Assembly (NCBI RefSeq): GCF_009834535.1
Contig: NC_045696.1
Span: 28,212,001 to 28,276,000 of the forward strand
Direction of reading: 5' to 3'
DNA: 64,000 bases
From: Camelus ferus
Taxonomy: Eukaryota
In this document: positions 25,626 through 39,189 of the stretch, one piece after another
Layout of the letters: each line of letters opens with the position of its first letter
How positions within the stretch are numbered: position 1 is the stretch's first letter
The notes under the pieces: model-generated
Database searches by the model: none
What the model was told of the DNA's origin: nothing
Seen by the model: only the letters and a program-made list of their open reading frames with translations
Translations under genes and position numbers: made by a program

Positions 25626-28600
25626 CATAATTAATTACAGTACAGCTTGATGCAAATGTAAAGTTCTGTAAGATTACTATCAGCACCATATTATAATTAT
25701 CATTGTGATAACAATAATAAATATGATCTGATACATAAAATACATCTCAAAAATATAAGAAACATATAGGCAATACATAAGCCAGATATACTAAAGGCTG
25801 ACAAATCAGAGAAGGCTATCCTAGCAGAGAAAACACTAAGCACCATGGACATTTCTATGCCTGTTCTGTCATTCTTATGGAAAGTGGTTATCTCTGGGTA
25901 CTTATAATCTCCACTTTTCCATTTAAATTTAAGTAGACGCATATATATATATATATATATACAGGAAGGCTTTGAATAAGCATGGATGTCACAATCACAT
26001 GTTATTCTCCTGTAGGGATTCATTCAAAGCCTTCCTGTATATTGCCAGGACTCTAATACTCTGTGTCTAGATGCCCTAGACTCAACTGAATTTTTTTAGA
26101 ACAAATAACCATATTAACTCTTTCAAAAGTCTTCTCATATTATATTAAATAGAGAAGATACTTCTCATCTCAGTTGATTTCCTAAAATGTTTTATAAAAC
26201 CCCAGTGGGGCGAGTCAGACTCATATCTAGGTTTCATTATCCCCCTGACGATTAGGTTTTTCATATTCTCAGAAGGACCAAACTTCGCAGGATTGTGATC
26301 CTTCCTCCTTTTGTAATTCCTCTCTACCAAGCTGGGAAAACATGTGCATTCTTTTACTGATGGCTGACTTCATAAGGAAGTATTAAGGGGCTGCAAACAT
26401 CCAATTACCAAATATGAACATTCTTATGAATATAATGAATATAAGTCTTCACAGGTTTTTTTTTTTTTTTTTTTTTTTAGCTGGAGTCTTCTTTATTTTT
26501 CTCAGTAAATGGATTAGTACAGGCTGGGAGGAATTTTATAGCCAAATTGGCAAGAAAGAAAATGAAAGCATGAAAATTTAAGCGTACCTTCCAGGATTAA
26601 GGTGTTTAATGTTTAAAGGTTTTTTGTTTGTTTCTTTGTTTTTAAGTACTTGAAGGATGGAAAGGAATGAATGAAATGGAGCTAAGAAAATTAGCAATCT
26701 TACTATTCTAGGCTCAGGGATTTTTTTTTTTTTAAGTTTCTAAAAATCAGTGTGTTTATTTTGTAAAGTTATACTGATTCATTAAAATGTTGAGTTCACC
26801 ATGGGAGTTAGTAACCCATGAACAAAGAAATTATGAGAGAAGAGGGTAGAAATCATCATCAGGGCTATAAATTAAGACAGGTTATTCATTGTGGGGCTAT
26901 GGGGGAGATCAGCCCATGCAAATGCAAAATCACTCTAAGAGATAGGACAGAAGTCATATTTTATCTTGGCATCTCCATGACCTTGTTTGATTGACACATA
27001 GTAGTCATTTAACTGATGTGTATTGAACAAATGACCATAATAGGCATAAAAGCCCTAATGGGGATCTCTGGCATGTTGTGAAGTGGGCAAGATTCATCCA
27101 CATATGTATCACAGTGAATATGTGGGTGAAGTGTCCTGGAATTCAGTGCTGTGGCCCACAGTGACCATGGGCTTTATGCTAGCAACAGTGGATAATGTTA
27201 ACTAACGTCTCTACACTGTGATGGATCCTTTACCTTCAGATGGACTGTATATATGTGTGCGTGTGTTTGGTATGTGTGTAAGACCATTAACTACCTAGCA
27301 CACAACCTCTTAGAGTCATGGTCACTGGCATCCAGGATATACTGATGGGTATATCCAGCATGAATCACAGTGATTGGAAGCAAGTATATCATAGCACTAC
27401 TTCAGAAAAAAAGATTCATCTTATACATAAGCAAACCACATATCCCTTAGATATAAGTGTTATACTTCTGGATCTGAGTACTGTACTTAACTAATCATTT
27501 TTAGTATAAAAGTACTCAGAAAAAAATGAACATAGTTTAAATGGTATAAAGTTAAAAATAAAATCCCCTTTAATCTACTTCTTATCCTTTGCTCCTGCCC
27601 TGGTTCCTGTATCCTCTAGCACCAGTCTCCAGAGGTAGCAGAAGACATTTTTCAACTTGCTTCTTTAGGTAGAATAGAATTTCTAATGGTGAGGTTGGAT
27701 GTGGATGTCCTAATTTTCAGTGACTCTGAGTTTCTAAGTAATCCTGGTTATCAGAAGGCACCACATAAAAAGAAACATCACAAAACTAAATCCCACTAAT
27801 GCTAAGATTATCATATTTTAGATAATCCCATCCTGATATAGTTGGGTATATTTGCTGAGTGTTAATGGTAAACAAAGTTGAACAGAGCTTCATTCATACT
27901 GATGAAAACTTGCTTTAGTAGAAGATGACTAGTTGATAAGCAATCAAAATAACAGGAATACAATTATGCTACGTTTTGGGGTTTTCTATTGTGCTTCCTT
28001 CTAATGAATTATGTAGGATCTTTAAGATATACGTGACTCTCCACCTGAATTCAGTTTGAATAATTGCACTAAGTGGACATCCTTAGATAAGCATTCCATT
28101 CACTCAGCCATTCACCCATTTATCCAACAATTATGTATTAAGCCATTCTTTTAAAATTTCCCTATTTAGTAGCCTTCTCAATTTGTACTACAGACTGTTT
28201 GAAAAGATTGGGAAAAATTAGGAAGTTATGTATGTTGCAGTCCCTGGGTTTTAGTTCAAATATTTCCTTATTTAAGAATGAATAGTCTGAAAAAGAAATA
28301 GTAGCTTTATTACAATCGATCTCCTGAGCTGTATTTGGGCCTGGGCCCATTGCTCCTCTGGGAGAGTATTTTGGCCTGTGGCCCTGCTGAGTTACCAGAA
28401 ACTGTGGTTATAGATGTAAGACTGTCATTTTGTCCTAGGAACTTACTTTAGAGCCAAGAAGATTAACTGGTGCCATAATGAGAAATAAAATTCAAGAACC
28501 TTAATGGAACTCCATAGAATTATCTGAGACTTTTTTGAAAAACTATGAAACTTGATTTTTTTAGAGTTTAAGTTACCTTCAAACCTGACTTCTCATGCCA

Positions 28601-28955
28601 GTATGTCTTTTTTAAAATTTACAAAAATGATTTTTAGAAAGAAATGAAATAAAGACACAAAAAGAAAAGAGATGAATGGAAAAAGCAATTGTCCATGCAA
28701 AACTACGAAGGCAAAGAAAATTCCCCAAAGGGGTGCAGTTAAAACTTTCACCTAAATGATATCATCATAATATCATGACTGGTAAAAGCACTGTGTTTCT
28801 GCGTTAAAAAGCCTTGGATTATTTTTCTGGGAGAACACAGGAAAGAGAATGACAGTATCATATTGGTATTAGAATTTTGAGATTTCTAAGCCACAGGCAA
28901 GAATTTTAGCCTACCACTAACTCATTAAGTCTGTACATTTCTACTGTGGCTTATC

Positions 28956-30156
28956 CCTGTGGGTAATAAAAGGTTGTGTCACAATTTATTCTGCGGATGA
29001 CTTTAGGATCCAAATCAAATGAGATGGAATTAAATGTCCTAGGCTTCCGAAGAGCAGGTTCATGTAAATAACACAGTTTTAGCTCTTGGAAGATAACATT
29101 TGTCTTAGTGATTTTAGAATATGAATGTGTTCTAGATATCAATAAATGCACTGCAGTATTCACAGGAGAAAATATAGTAAACATGATGTCTGAGAGAAGC
29201 TCTCTTTTAGTTGTAAAATCCTCAGAATTCTGACTTTTCTTTCTGTACAACTCATGATAAGTTTCTATCTGCATTTTTTTACTTCTTCCTATATAACCCA
29301 AAGTTTCATACTAGTTGTCTACTTTCAACTTTGTCCTCACTCTCAATTTTCTCATTCTCTTTGGTTATTTTGTTTGATCTTGTATCATTCTTCTTTCACT
29401 GTCTCTTCATTGTGCAGGTTCTCTTCATCTTGGTTTAGAGGGCTATTTCCGTAATCCACACATCATTGTAATAGGCTTAAACTTTAATCCATAAATGATA
29501 TGGGCAAATTTATTTTTCAAGTTAATAATGAAAATGTAGTAACTGGGTCCTATGTATAGTTCATCCTCAAGGCTATTTATTATTAAGGAGAGTTATTATT
29601 TTTCACTAGCTGAGGACTACATAAACTAACTCCAAATGAAAAATCATTATATTCTTTATAGTTACGGTTAACGTTAAGAAAGCTAGCTATAAGAGAAAAT
29701 AATAGCTCTGAACTCTCCAATACATCTTCAGGAAATTTCAAAATGAATGTGAAGGACAATGGCATTGAACGTTGCTGCCTTTTCATGATAGACTTACATT
29801 AATCAAAAATTCCAAATCAGTTGAGATGAAGCATGACTTGCTTTACAAAAAAGAATCTTCTTACAAATAATAAAAATGCTATTACCACATTTATCTTAGA
29901 TGTTAAAAATTTGTTTCTGAAAATGTCTTAACGATGGGGTATGTGAACTAAAATCCAGTTTTCTATAATTCTGAAGCTGTTTTTGCTTTACCTCTTCAGT
30001 AACTGTTGGTATTTTCCAGGAACTCTAAAGGACAAATGCTTTTCTGGATTTCTTCCAAAGCAGTACATTAAATGACCTTGATTGTGCTTAGAATTTCAAT
30101 TTGAAACCTCTAAGCTTAGACATGAATTCCAGCTTAAGGATTTTTTGGTAAAATTC
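28956..30156 (-). pseudogene. RGSL1-like pseudo-exon 7 (about 1.2 kb)
   Basis: NAGNAG acceptor ctcagtag|. TPSLRHFQKQIFNI*DK, VLESSELLFSL, DFSFGVSLCSP and EPALRKPRTFNSI...IRRINCDTTFYYPQ, compared with recalled IPWIPKAQKEICKMLSPW, IQQSLELSQAL, DLKQGGSLQVELTSP and RKPSMRPRNLTEV. Degenerate donor CAG G|gataag. Confidence 0.78.
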
Positions 30157-31944
30157 CTACTGAGGCAAGATGTGTAACAATACAAAACAAACAGTGGCTA
30201 AATAAGTCTCTAAAATGACAAGTTTGAGGATAAGTGAAAACTAAATCCCACTAATGCTAACAAATTAATTGGACATAGCAAAAGAATGATATATATATAT
30301 AAGATTCCCTGCAACTGTAACATTTGGTAAAGAATTCCCTTTAATATTCAGTTGGGTTGGCTTTTCTTGAGTACTAGTAATGCTACTGTAATACAGAAAA
30401 TCATCTGAGGTGATTCAGAAGAGGTTTTCAATAAATCTTTTTTCTTATTTTAATTTCCTTACTTTGTATATTTTACTAAAATCCTTCTCTTAACAAAGCA
30501 CCTACATTTTTCATGTTGATCCCTTGAAGCTTGCCAGTAAACACTATAGAGAAATTAACTAAAAATATTTCACTGGGTCTCTCTTTTATTATTGCTATAA
30601 AAATTAAGAAAAATGAACATCAGTTTGTGCTGTCTCAGAATATTATGCCCCTTAAAAATTGCACTAACGAATGCAATTAGAAGATATACATCCATGGGAA
30701 GAAAATGTCATATGCCTACAAATGTTATAACATATTGTCTTAGAAAAGGATCCAAATCGATAGCTTTGAAGAGTCCATCTAGCAAAGTCTAGAGCTCTTG
30801 GTAAATACACGATAAATGAGTAAAGTAATGACTTTGCAAATCACCTTTATAATATTAAAAGGATTAAGCAGTTACCTTATGAAACTGAGTAAAATGAATT
30901 TTTCCTATTGTGAAACGTACAAAGAAAGTGTAAATTTATGTCCTTGAAATGCTCACAAATTTACCAGGAAAAAAGTAAACACATTAATTGGATTAGAATG
31001 AGAAAATATTCTATTATTATATGTTAAAGTTATATACTCTATGCAATGACAATATTTAATTTTTGGGGGGTGCTTTACCTTCTTTAACTATCACAACAAC
31101 CCTGTGATGCAGGCACTCTTCTCATTCCTGACCACACCTACAGTAACCAAATCAAAACACATTAATAAGCTTGCCCTGGTCAAAGATGCATAAACTCAAG
31201 TAGGCTTACAACAGCACCTAAGCTTTCATATGTATAGCTGCAGCTCTAAAAGTTTAGAGAAGCTACATCAATATATGTTAGATGGTGAGGAAAAGTTTCA
31301 TGCAGTATGTGGACCTTGATTTCTGTTTTAAAGAAGAATGTGAATGTGTATAGTATTAACAGGTCTGGAAAATCTATGGCAAAGACCAAATTTTTTTACC
31401 AGATGGGCATGGTGAAATTCAGGGTAGAGACAGGTCTAGATTGAGTAGGATAAAAATTGGGTCAGAATTTTATTGATTTTCAAGGCAGTAGAAAATTATA
31501 GATTTTATACTCTAAGAGGTGGGAGATATTGACTATCTGGGAGATTTATACAAATTTTCTGTAAACATTGCTTTCACAGGCCCAGCAGTCAATATTAAAG
31601 AGTAGTCTAAAATAAATTATTGCAATATAGTGATATAACAGATACATGTCAATATGCACAATTAAACCAGAGGAGGTCCAACAAAATCTCCAGAAAAGGT
31701 GACATCTGAGTTTTGTCTTGAAGGTAAAAATAATGTTTTGGAAAGATTCATCTGACATTAATGTGAAAGACGAACTAAGCAGGGGAAGGACTTGATATTA
31801 GGTAGAAAAGAGAAGAAACATAGTAAAAGAGATAGTGTGTGGTAGAGGTCATCAGATGCCAATTTCTTTTAAGCATGATGGATTATTGGTTAGAAAAAGA
31901 GTCTCAAAGAATTATAGTTTTAGATAAATATTATGCATAAATAA

Positions 31945-32030
31945 GATGACTCTGGGCCAGTTAATTTATTTATAGTAACCATGCTGCTAATAAGACCAGG
32001 GTTATGGGGTTACTCACTCTGTTCTGTGAC
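31945..32030 (+). mobile_element. Ancient tRNA-derived SINE head (MamSINE1-like)
   Basis: ggccagtta...catgctgctaataagaccagggttatggg. Confidence 0.45.
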
Positions 32031-32279
32031 CTTGAAGAAAAGACCAGTCAGGAATTTTAAGAGACATTCCACAGAATGTCAAAGAAAGCTAATATGAAGA
32101 CCTTTCTAAATTCATGCCTATGATGGTCAACATTGAAAAAAATAAAACCCTCCGAAACATTAGTCAATGAAGTGTGGACCAAGCATGGGCATCATCACAT
32201 GGACTTATGTGATAATCAACAAGATTTCCTCTGCGCTTCCCAGATAGAGGGGAATACTGGATCACGTCTACATAAGGTC

Positions 32280-32452
32280 TTTAAAAATCTTTTTCAGTTT
32301 TACTTATTTATTATTGTATTATTTATTATTTTATTTTGATGGTGGGGAGGTAATTAGGCTTGTTCATTTTTTTAGAGGAGGTACTGGGGATTGAACCCAG
32401 GACCTCATGCATGTTAAGCTTGCGCTCTACCACTTGAGCTACACCCTCCCCG
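32280..32452 (-). mobile_element. Camelid Vic-1-like tRNA-derived SINE
   Basis: Head GGGGAGGGTGTAGCTCAAGTGGTAGAGCGC...GGTTCAATCCCC on minus; TSD tacataaggt at 32269-32278 and 32453-32462. Confidence 0.88.
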
Positions 32453-34449
32453 TACATAAGGTTTTGTTTGTTCATGTTTACTTCCTCCCGCACTAGCATC
32501 TACATAACCTTCACTGCTGAGGCCTAAGTAATAATAAAGAGAGTAACATCTATCATGACTCAGATAATTTCAGAATTAGGTAGAGAAGAACAAATAGCTA
32601 CAATTTATTTAGCACATAACATGTTGGCATTATATAATTTTTACATTTTATGAACTAGGAAGTTTTATAAGCCGATACAACAGATGAGTAGACTAAGAGT
32701 CTTATAGCTAGTGGGTGTCTAAGCGAGGACTCAAACCGGGGAATACCTGCCTTCAACTCCATTCCCTTGAACAACATAAGATGCACCCCCTGATCCTGTC
32801 TTGTGGGCTTCCCTGTCACAGACTCTCAGTCTTCGTTTTCTTTTTCCTTGGGCGATAACACTGGGTCTTAATTTGCAGTGCAGAGAGATGGTGCAGTAAG
32901 ACTTCAGTGCAACAGGCTTTGTCTTAGTTCTTCCCTCTGGTGTCCTCAAGACTGGCTTCAGTAGCTCTCCCAAGTCAGTTACTCTCTCTGTGTGCATTCT
33001 CTGTAGGCATCCTATCAAGCAGCCAAAGGGTCTTCAGAAAAGATAGGTTGTTTTTGTTTTTATTTTATTTTATTTTTTTCATTAAGATGTGTAGTCTCCA
33101 AGGTCCATACATCTCTAAAAATTCTAGTTTTAAGAAAGTTAATAAAGTTGACCCAATATTATTGATGTTCAGGGAATTCAAAGAATCTGCAATTTCTCTC
33201 TGGAATTTCTCTTTTCTTAGTCTCTCATTATTTCCAGAATTTATCTTGCTATGTGAAATTTCTGTCAATGATTTCAAATATTTACTATCAATGTGGTTAA
33301 ACAAGTGATAAGTATCTAATATATGTCAAGTTAAGTTGGTAGGCATTGAGGATAAAAGACCCAGGAGAATTTATTGCCCCAGGAATCCAGAGGGTATTTG
33401 CTGTATCAGTGGCTTATGACCTAAAAATCTTAGTAGGACAGTGAGAAAAGTAAACTGAATTTATATGACATGTTTTCATTGATATATTATTTTTTTATCC
33501 CCAGTAGAACAGCTTCTGATGATGGGTAAGGTATTAGGGGACATAGAATTGGGGTAGAGATGATGGATGACTGGCCACCAAAGTTCGCATTATCAATAAA
33601 ATAAAAGTTTTCTGCTCTATTCAGTAGCTATTTTTTTCAGGAGACAAGATTTGACTTGAGGCAAATATAGATTTAAATAAAAATAAAATAAGGAAATCTC
33701 TTGTCAATAGTGCCCTATTCAAAGGAGTCATATGATTGAATATTTCAGGCAGAGGTTTTAGAGATCATGATTATCCTGAATTTTCCAGAAGAAATCAGAG
33801 AAATAAAACTAACTTTAACTTTGTTTGGAAAGTACTACTTTGAATAGGCTTCTAGCAAGCTACTAAAACATTTCTATTGATTCAACTTTCTGATTACTTG
33901 GTAATAGAGAGATTCTAGTGTTACCTGCCTTATTAGAATCCTTATTTGTACTGGCAGAATCAGTAGAAATTTTCCTTAGGTTGGAACAAACTTTAGACCC
34001 AGTAAATATAACACGGCATGTTTCTTTTTCTTTCATTTTTTTTTAAGGTGAAATCAGGCTAATGTAAAAACTAAAGCAAGCTTGAAAGAAGAAATAAATT
34101 ATACAATGACTGGTAGTAGTAGGAGACTTACTGGCTTTTTGTGGCTTGAGCGTTTGGTGTATGTGCAGTGTAGACAAGTTTAAAACTTCCTGCTTTTTAG
34201 TATTAGTGACTAGTACTAATATTATTATTAGTTACTACCCCATTTCTCATTAGCTGCTTCCCTGAAGTCACTCCCAAAGTCAGCAGACTGGGTATTTCCA
34301 AATGGAGAGGTTTTGAGGAAAATCATTGTGATTCAGAGAGAAAATAAAGTGTGAAATCTTGACAGTAAAGAACTTCCTGCTCTACCAGTAGTGGCAGCAG
34401 TACTGCGGCTTCTACTTCTCCTCTTCTTTCCAATGTGATGTTCTTCCTA

Positions 34450-34710
34450 GTTTCAATAATGTGCATTTATTAATCACCTGCCATGGTCCAGACGTTGTAA
34501 TATGTACTTGAATTATACAACATTTCACTGAATATTCCCAACACGTGTTTGAGGTAAATGTTGAGATCGCCTTTTATCAGATACGGAACAAAAAAAAAAA
34601 AAAAAACTTCAGATAATTAGTCACATTCAATCAGCTAGAAATTGAAAGAATGTGATTCAAACTCAGGCATATCTGTGTTCAAAATCAATGCTTTTCCACT
34701 CTGTTACCCT
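34450..34710 (-). mobile_element. MIR
   Basis: catttattaatcacctgccatgg...gattcaaactcaggc. Confidence 0.55.
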
Positions 34711-35289
34711 GCTTCAAATTTGTACAGACCAGCATAAGAAAACGTTAAATATTATAATTTGTGTTTCTATTTTAATTGAGATAATAGTGTACAAATATCC
34801 GATTCTGTTTCTAGGAAGAATAGCATATCGCAGACAACACATTGTTTGAGCAAAGAATAGATACCTTATCTTGAAATCTGTAAGTTAGTGTGTGTGAAAC
34901 AAAGCTGGAATGCAAAAAGTATTAGTTGACTCCAGTCAACCAATGGTTGACCCAAGTATAATAAAGATGTCTTTTAATTGTTTTTTTAAAAATCACTGAT
35001 CACTTTAGAGTATTATAAAAATTGAGCCTTTGCTAATGAGAAGGTAAAATACCATAGTATCCACATGTATTTTTATAATAACCTACATCTATAAGCAGAG
35101 AACATCTCTTGAAAGCTGATCCACTTTCAATGGTGACAACCACTTGCGATGGTGACTGAGTAAGCATCTTTTAGGTAATAACCTAAAAAAGTGCTCTCTA
35201 CATTTAGTCAGCACCTTGATTGGTCTTTGATTATAATCCAGAGCCCAAGAGCCCCAGTGTGTTTGGGTTCTGAAGGTGGACCAGCAGAA

Positions 35290-35450
35290 GAAATGGCTCG
35301 CCAGTCCCAGCCTGGCTCTCACTGGCTGGCTGACCATGGGTTAGGCATGCTGTCCAGGCCTCATTTTCCTCAATGGTCAAATAATCCTAGCAGGATTGCT
35401 GTGAGAAGTAAATAAATTCATGCATAAAAAGTACTAAACACACTATCATA
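35290..35450 (+). mobile_element. MIR
   Basis: cccagcctggctctcactggctggctgacc...cctcattttcctca...caggattgctgtgag. Confidence 0.6.
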
Positions 35451-36414
35451 TATAAAAGGCTTTTAATTGTCTATATTTCAACCCAAATTTGAATTGCTTT
35501 TTCAAGGATATTTGTTTGACTCTAGTAGTCTGTATCATTTTTTTTTTAAAAAATTTAATTGTAAGAGAGATAAATGTTTTTAAATAAAATGAAAAATATT
35601 GAAAGATGAAACATGGTTCATTGATGTAAAACTAAATTATTGCTTATTCTCTGGAAATTGATGAATTAAATATTTTAGCTTGTTCTAGCTAATTTTTGTG
35701 TGTGTGTGGTTGTTTTTCAATCTGATTTCTCCTGAATAACCCCAGAAGCCCCATGCTAAGCGATGACTCAGACACACTTTGCAATAATAGCTATGTTAAC
35801 TGACTTTTAATGCTATTTTCCTTCCCAGTTGCTCTCCACATGTCCCCGAAGTTTAATAAAGCTGAAAACATTTTATTTTATTGTCTCAAACTATTGATTA
35901 TCTGTTTAATGCAATGTTGAAAACTCGGTGATATATTGCCTTTGCCACAATGATTAAATGAATTATCTTAAAGAAATAAGAGTTCTGCTTTAAAGCAAAG
36001 AAACCTAATACAGAATAAAATTGTTTCTTTCCACCATTACTTGTGGCTCCATTAGAAGGCACACAAATCTTATTCTCAGTCTTGCAAAGAAAAGAAATTT
36101 GATTGTTTCACAACTGATTTAGGTATTCCTAGGGGCATTGCATGACAATTTAGATTTCTACTTCTTGATTTTATTGCCAACATAAGCTTATTTAAGAAAA
36201 TGAATAACAAAGCCACTGACTTCAGAGAAACGGAAACATCAGAAAAAAAATCCTTTGAGTTTGGACCTCATTAAACAACAACAACAACAACAAAACTATT
36301 TGAGCCAGAAGAAATCTCTATGAGGAAGACAAAATATATGTTACAATTTAAACCAGTCCTAAGAGTTGTCTAATAGTAATGCAGGGTAATAAGGAAACAA
36401 ATACGGTGAAGTCT

Positions 36415-36779
36415 TGTTTTAGTTTGCTAGAGCTGCCATAACGAAGTACCACAGACTAGGTGGCTTAACCAGAGGAAATTTATTTTCTAGAAGTCAGAGA
36501 TCAAGACGTCCTCAGAGTTTTTGTTTGTTTTTTTGAGGCCTCTCTCCTTGGCTTGCAGATGACCATCTTCTTCTCTGTCTTCATATGGTCTCTCTTTTGT
36601 GTTCATCTATGTCCTAATCTCCTGTTCTTAAAGACACCAGTCATACTGGATTTGGACCCACCCTGGTGACCCCATTTTAACTTAACTACCTCTTTAAAGG
36701 CACCATGTCCAATACAGTCAGGGCTGAGGTTTAGAGCTTCAGCATATGCATTTTGGGAGGACCCAATTCAGTTCAAACA
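36415..36779. mobile_element. MaLR solo LTR (MLT1A/B-like)
   Basis: tgttttagtttgctagagctgccataac...ggacccaattcagttcaaaca. Confidence 0.8.
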
Positions 36780-37331
36780 ATTGCTTAATATAAAGCAGGT
36801 GTATATGAGTTCCTTCATCCGTCTTGAGAATGTGGCATTAAGACATGATTTCGCTAACTGACTTAATTTATTTGTGGGGATGAGAAACTCAGCAGAATCA
36901 CATTCCCCTGAGATAGCCCTGACCTTGGACATGGTTTTTTTTTTTTTCTAATACCTCTTCCTTTTCATAGAAATAGTAGATCCCTTTTTCAGGGAACAGC
37001 TCCTTTTCTTTTCACTCTAGTATCTAAACATGTCCAAATAGGATGACCCTCTTCTTAAATACATTCACATGCCAGAACAGACTGATAGGTTAAGGGGAGA
37101 GCATGTGAACAAAACCATCCATTATATGTTTAGATCCAGAGCAGAGGGAAGGGACTGCTCTCTGGAGAGAAAGCTAAGAATATGTAAGCTCAGGATTTCC
37201 AAGATGTGCCAGTTCTGGGTTTCTGGGAAACAGTCTACAATGGGAAAGGATGAAACTAGCATGCAAAGTTCATTAAGACAATGGACAGAAAGTCTAGAAA
37301 ATTTAAAATTCTTGACCATCACTAACTTATC

Positions 37332-37963
37332 ATTGGCCATTGTGGTTATATAAGTCAAAAAATTCTCCTGTTTTCTAAGCTAGCTCAAAATTAGATTTTG
37401 TAACTTCCAAGAAAAGGTTACTGGTTTTGTCTCCAGTGAGACAAAGATAGAGAAGTAGAGCAGCAGAAATATGATCTCCTGCTATTTCATTTTGTAAACA
37501 ATTTTTGAAAATACTGTGACCAGTGCTTTTATTGTGAATCTTGGTATAGAAAACTATTTCTTCTGGTTCTGTCTTCAAAAAAGCCTCCAGAGATACATTT
37601 TATTTAGTTAGTTTTGCTCGTATGGAGGGTGAAAAGCAGCAGCCTCAACGTGGAAATGTGATTTTAAAAAATAAAATAAAATAAAAAGAATGAGTCAATC
37701 TGGGTTTCCTCATCAGGACCCCTGGTGCTAAGATCTGATCATTTTATATGGTTTCATCTAAAGTTACACACTCAACAAATAATTTACTAGAAAAGCGAGA
37801 CAGTTGCTGAATGTATCTGCGAAATACTATATAACTCTTTTACTTAAGTTGTGCTGCAACTTTCTCTTGTTAGGCTTAATAAAACACCCTCTAGATCAAT
37901 GCTACCAAAAAGTTGCATGAATACATCCCATAGTGTGACCAAGGTATTTATGGTTATATTTTA
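37332..37963 (-). pseudogene. RGSL1-like pseudo-exon 6
   Basis: Acceptor tttcattttacttag|. (V)KYNH...KPNKRKLQ and KIHNKSTGHSIFKNCLQNEIAGDHISAAL...NLFLEVTK...FFDLY, compared with recalled VCYTH...RKAKRKMW and PIVNHSSKMTIQKAIKQSFSLGYIHLAL...NPFRDHLK...LLDLW. An internal (TTTTA)n run is present; the 3' end is approximate. Confidence 0.75.
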
Positions 37964-39189
37964 CTAAGTAAAATGAAAGTCAAGATTCCTAATATATAAT
38001 AAATGGGTTGACACTGGCTTCCCCACTTAGTCTCTGTGGTAAGTATCCATGTGCTTTCTATGCTCAATGATCCATTTTAAGGATAGTGTGTGAATTCCAG
38101 AATGGTGAGAATTGATACTAGTGTCCTGATTAATTCATTCACTTTCAGCATAGTGTAACATAGTGCATTTTTGTATAATGCTTTAACTGTGTTTTTAAAT
38201 TATAAATCTGGTTTTAAATAACTTAAAACTAGAAACAGACATTTAGCTCAAAAAAAAAAAATCCTGCATAGAAAATGCAATACCAACTACAAGAGCACAA
38301 GCAAACAACAGCAAAGTTGACACTTCTACTGCTAATATGAGTCATTCTTCAGCCACATTAGAAAGGTAAAAACACATCTTAAAATGATCAAATCATATTG
38401 GCAAATAATGTGGGAAAATGAAATTTTTGAGAGGATAATTTGAAACAAAATTGCATGCCTTATGGCAAATGGTGAATCTCACCCTAACATTAATATTCAT
38501 TCCCATATCTAATACTAGAAAGTGACCATAATAACTAGCAAAATCTTAGATTTTAATAATATCCTTAAAATTAATGTTTGTATATGCTTCATAATATAAG
38601 TAATATGTTAGTATAGAAGTATCTGCTTATAATTTATAAATAAATATGCATACTTTTTGTACATGTTCAAAAATTTTATCATTCTGACACACAACTGGAG
38701 GTTGTTTTTCAAAGGATCTGAGTAACACTGTGATTATGCATAGCATACCTTCAGAATTTGCAGTTAAGTTAATCATATTTAACTGAAAGAACTAGATATA
38801 CATTTAAGTATGTTCCTTTTCTATAAACTAACTTAAAAAGATAATAAGCAAAAGGTGCATAAGACAAGAACAAAATTCAAGGAACAAAATAGCTTTCCAT
38901 AATAATAGTTTTTATCTAGGACTTTACAAAAGCCATACAAAAGCCATAGATAAGGAACCCACTTAAATGTTCAGATACCAGTGCTGCACTAGAAATTTTG
39001 ATCTTAATATAGGCTCCAACAATGTAGTTCCAAAAAACTTCCCTGGTGTTTCAAATCAATAATTCCCATTTATAAGATTATAAAATATTTATTTAGATAT
39101 TTTCATGTATTGATGTATAAATCATCTCTCTCTCTTTATTCTCTTTGTTTCTGGAAATACACCAGAGACTGACTTGGTATGGCTTTGTA

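Noticed and set aside
25700..26330. Two minus-strand ORFs (one hydrophobic) as extra exons
   Set aside because: No recognisable homology, one crosses a (TA)n tract, and exons 7 and 8 already join in phase without them.
32380..32452. tRNA gene
   Set aside because: The tRNA-like head continues into a SINE body with a tail and TSD.
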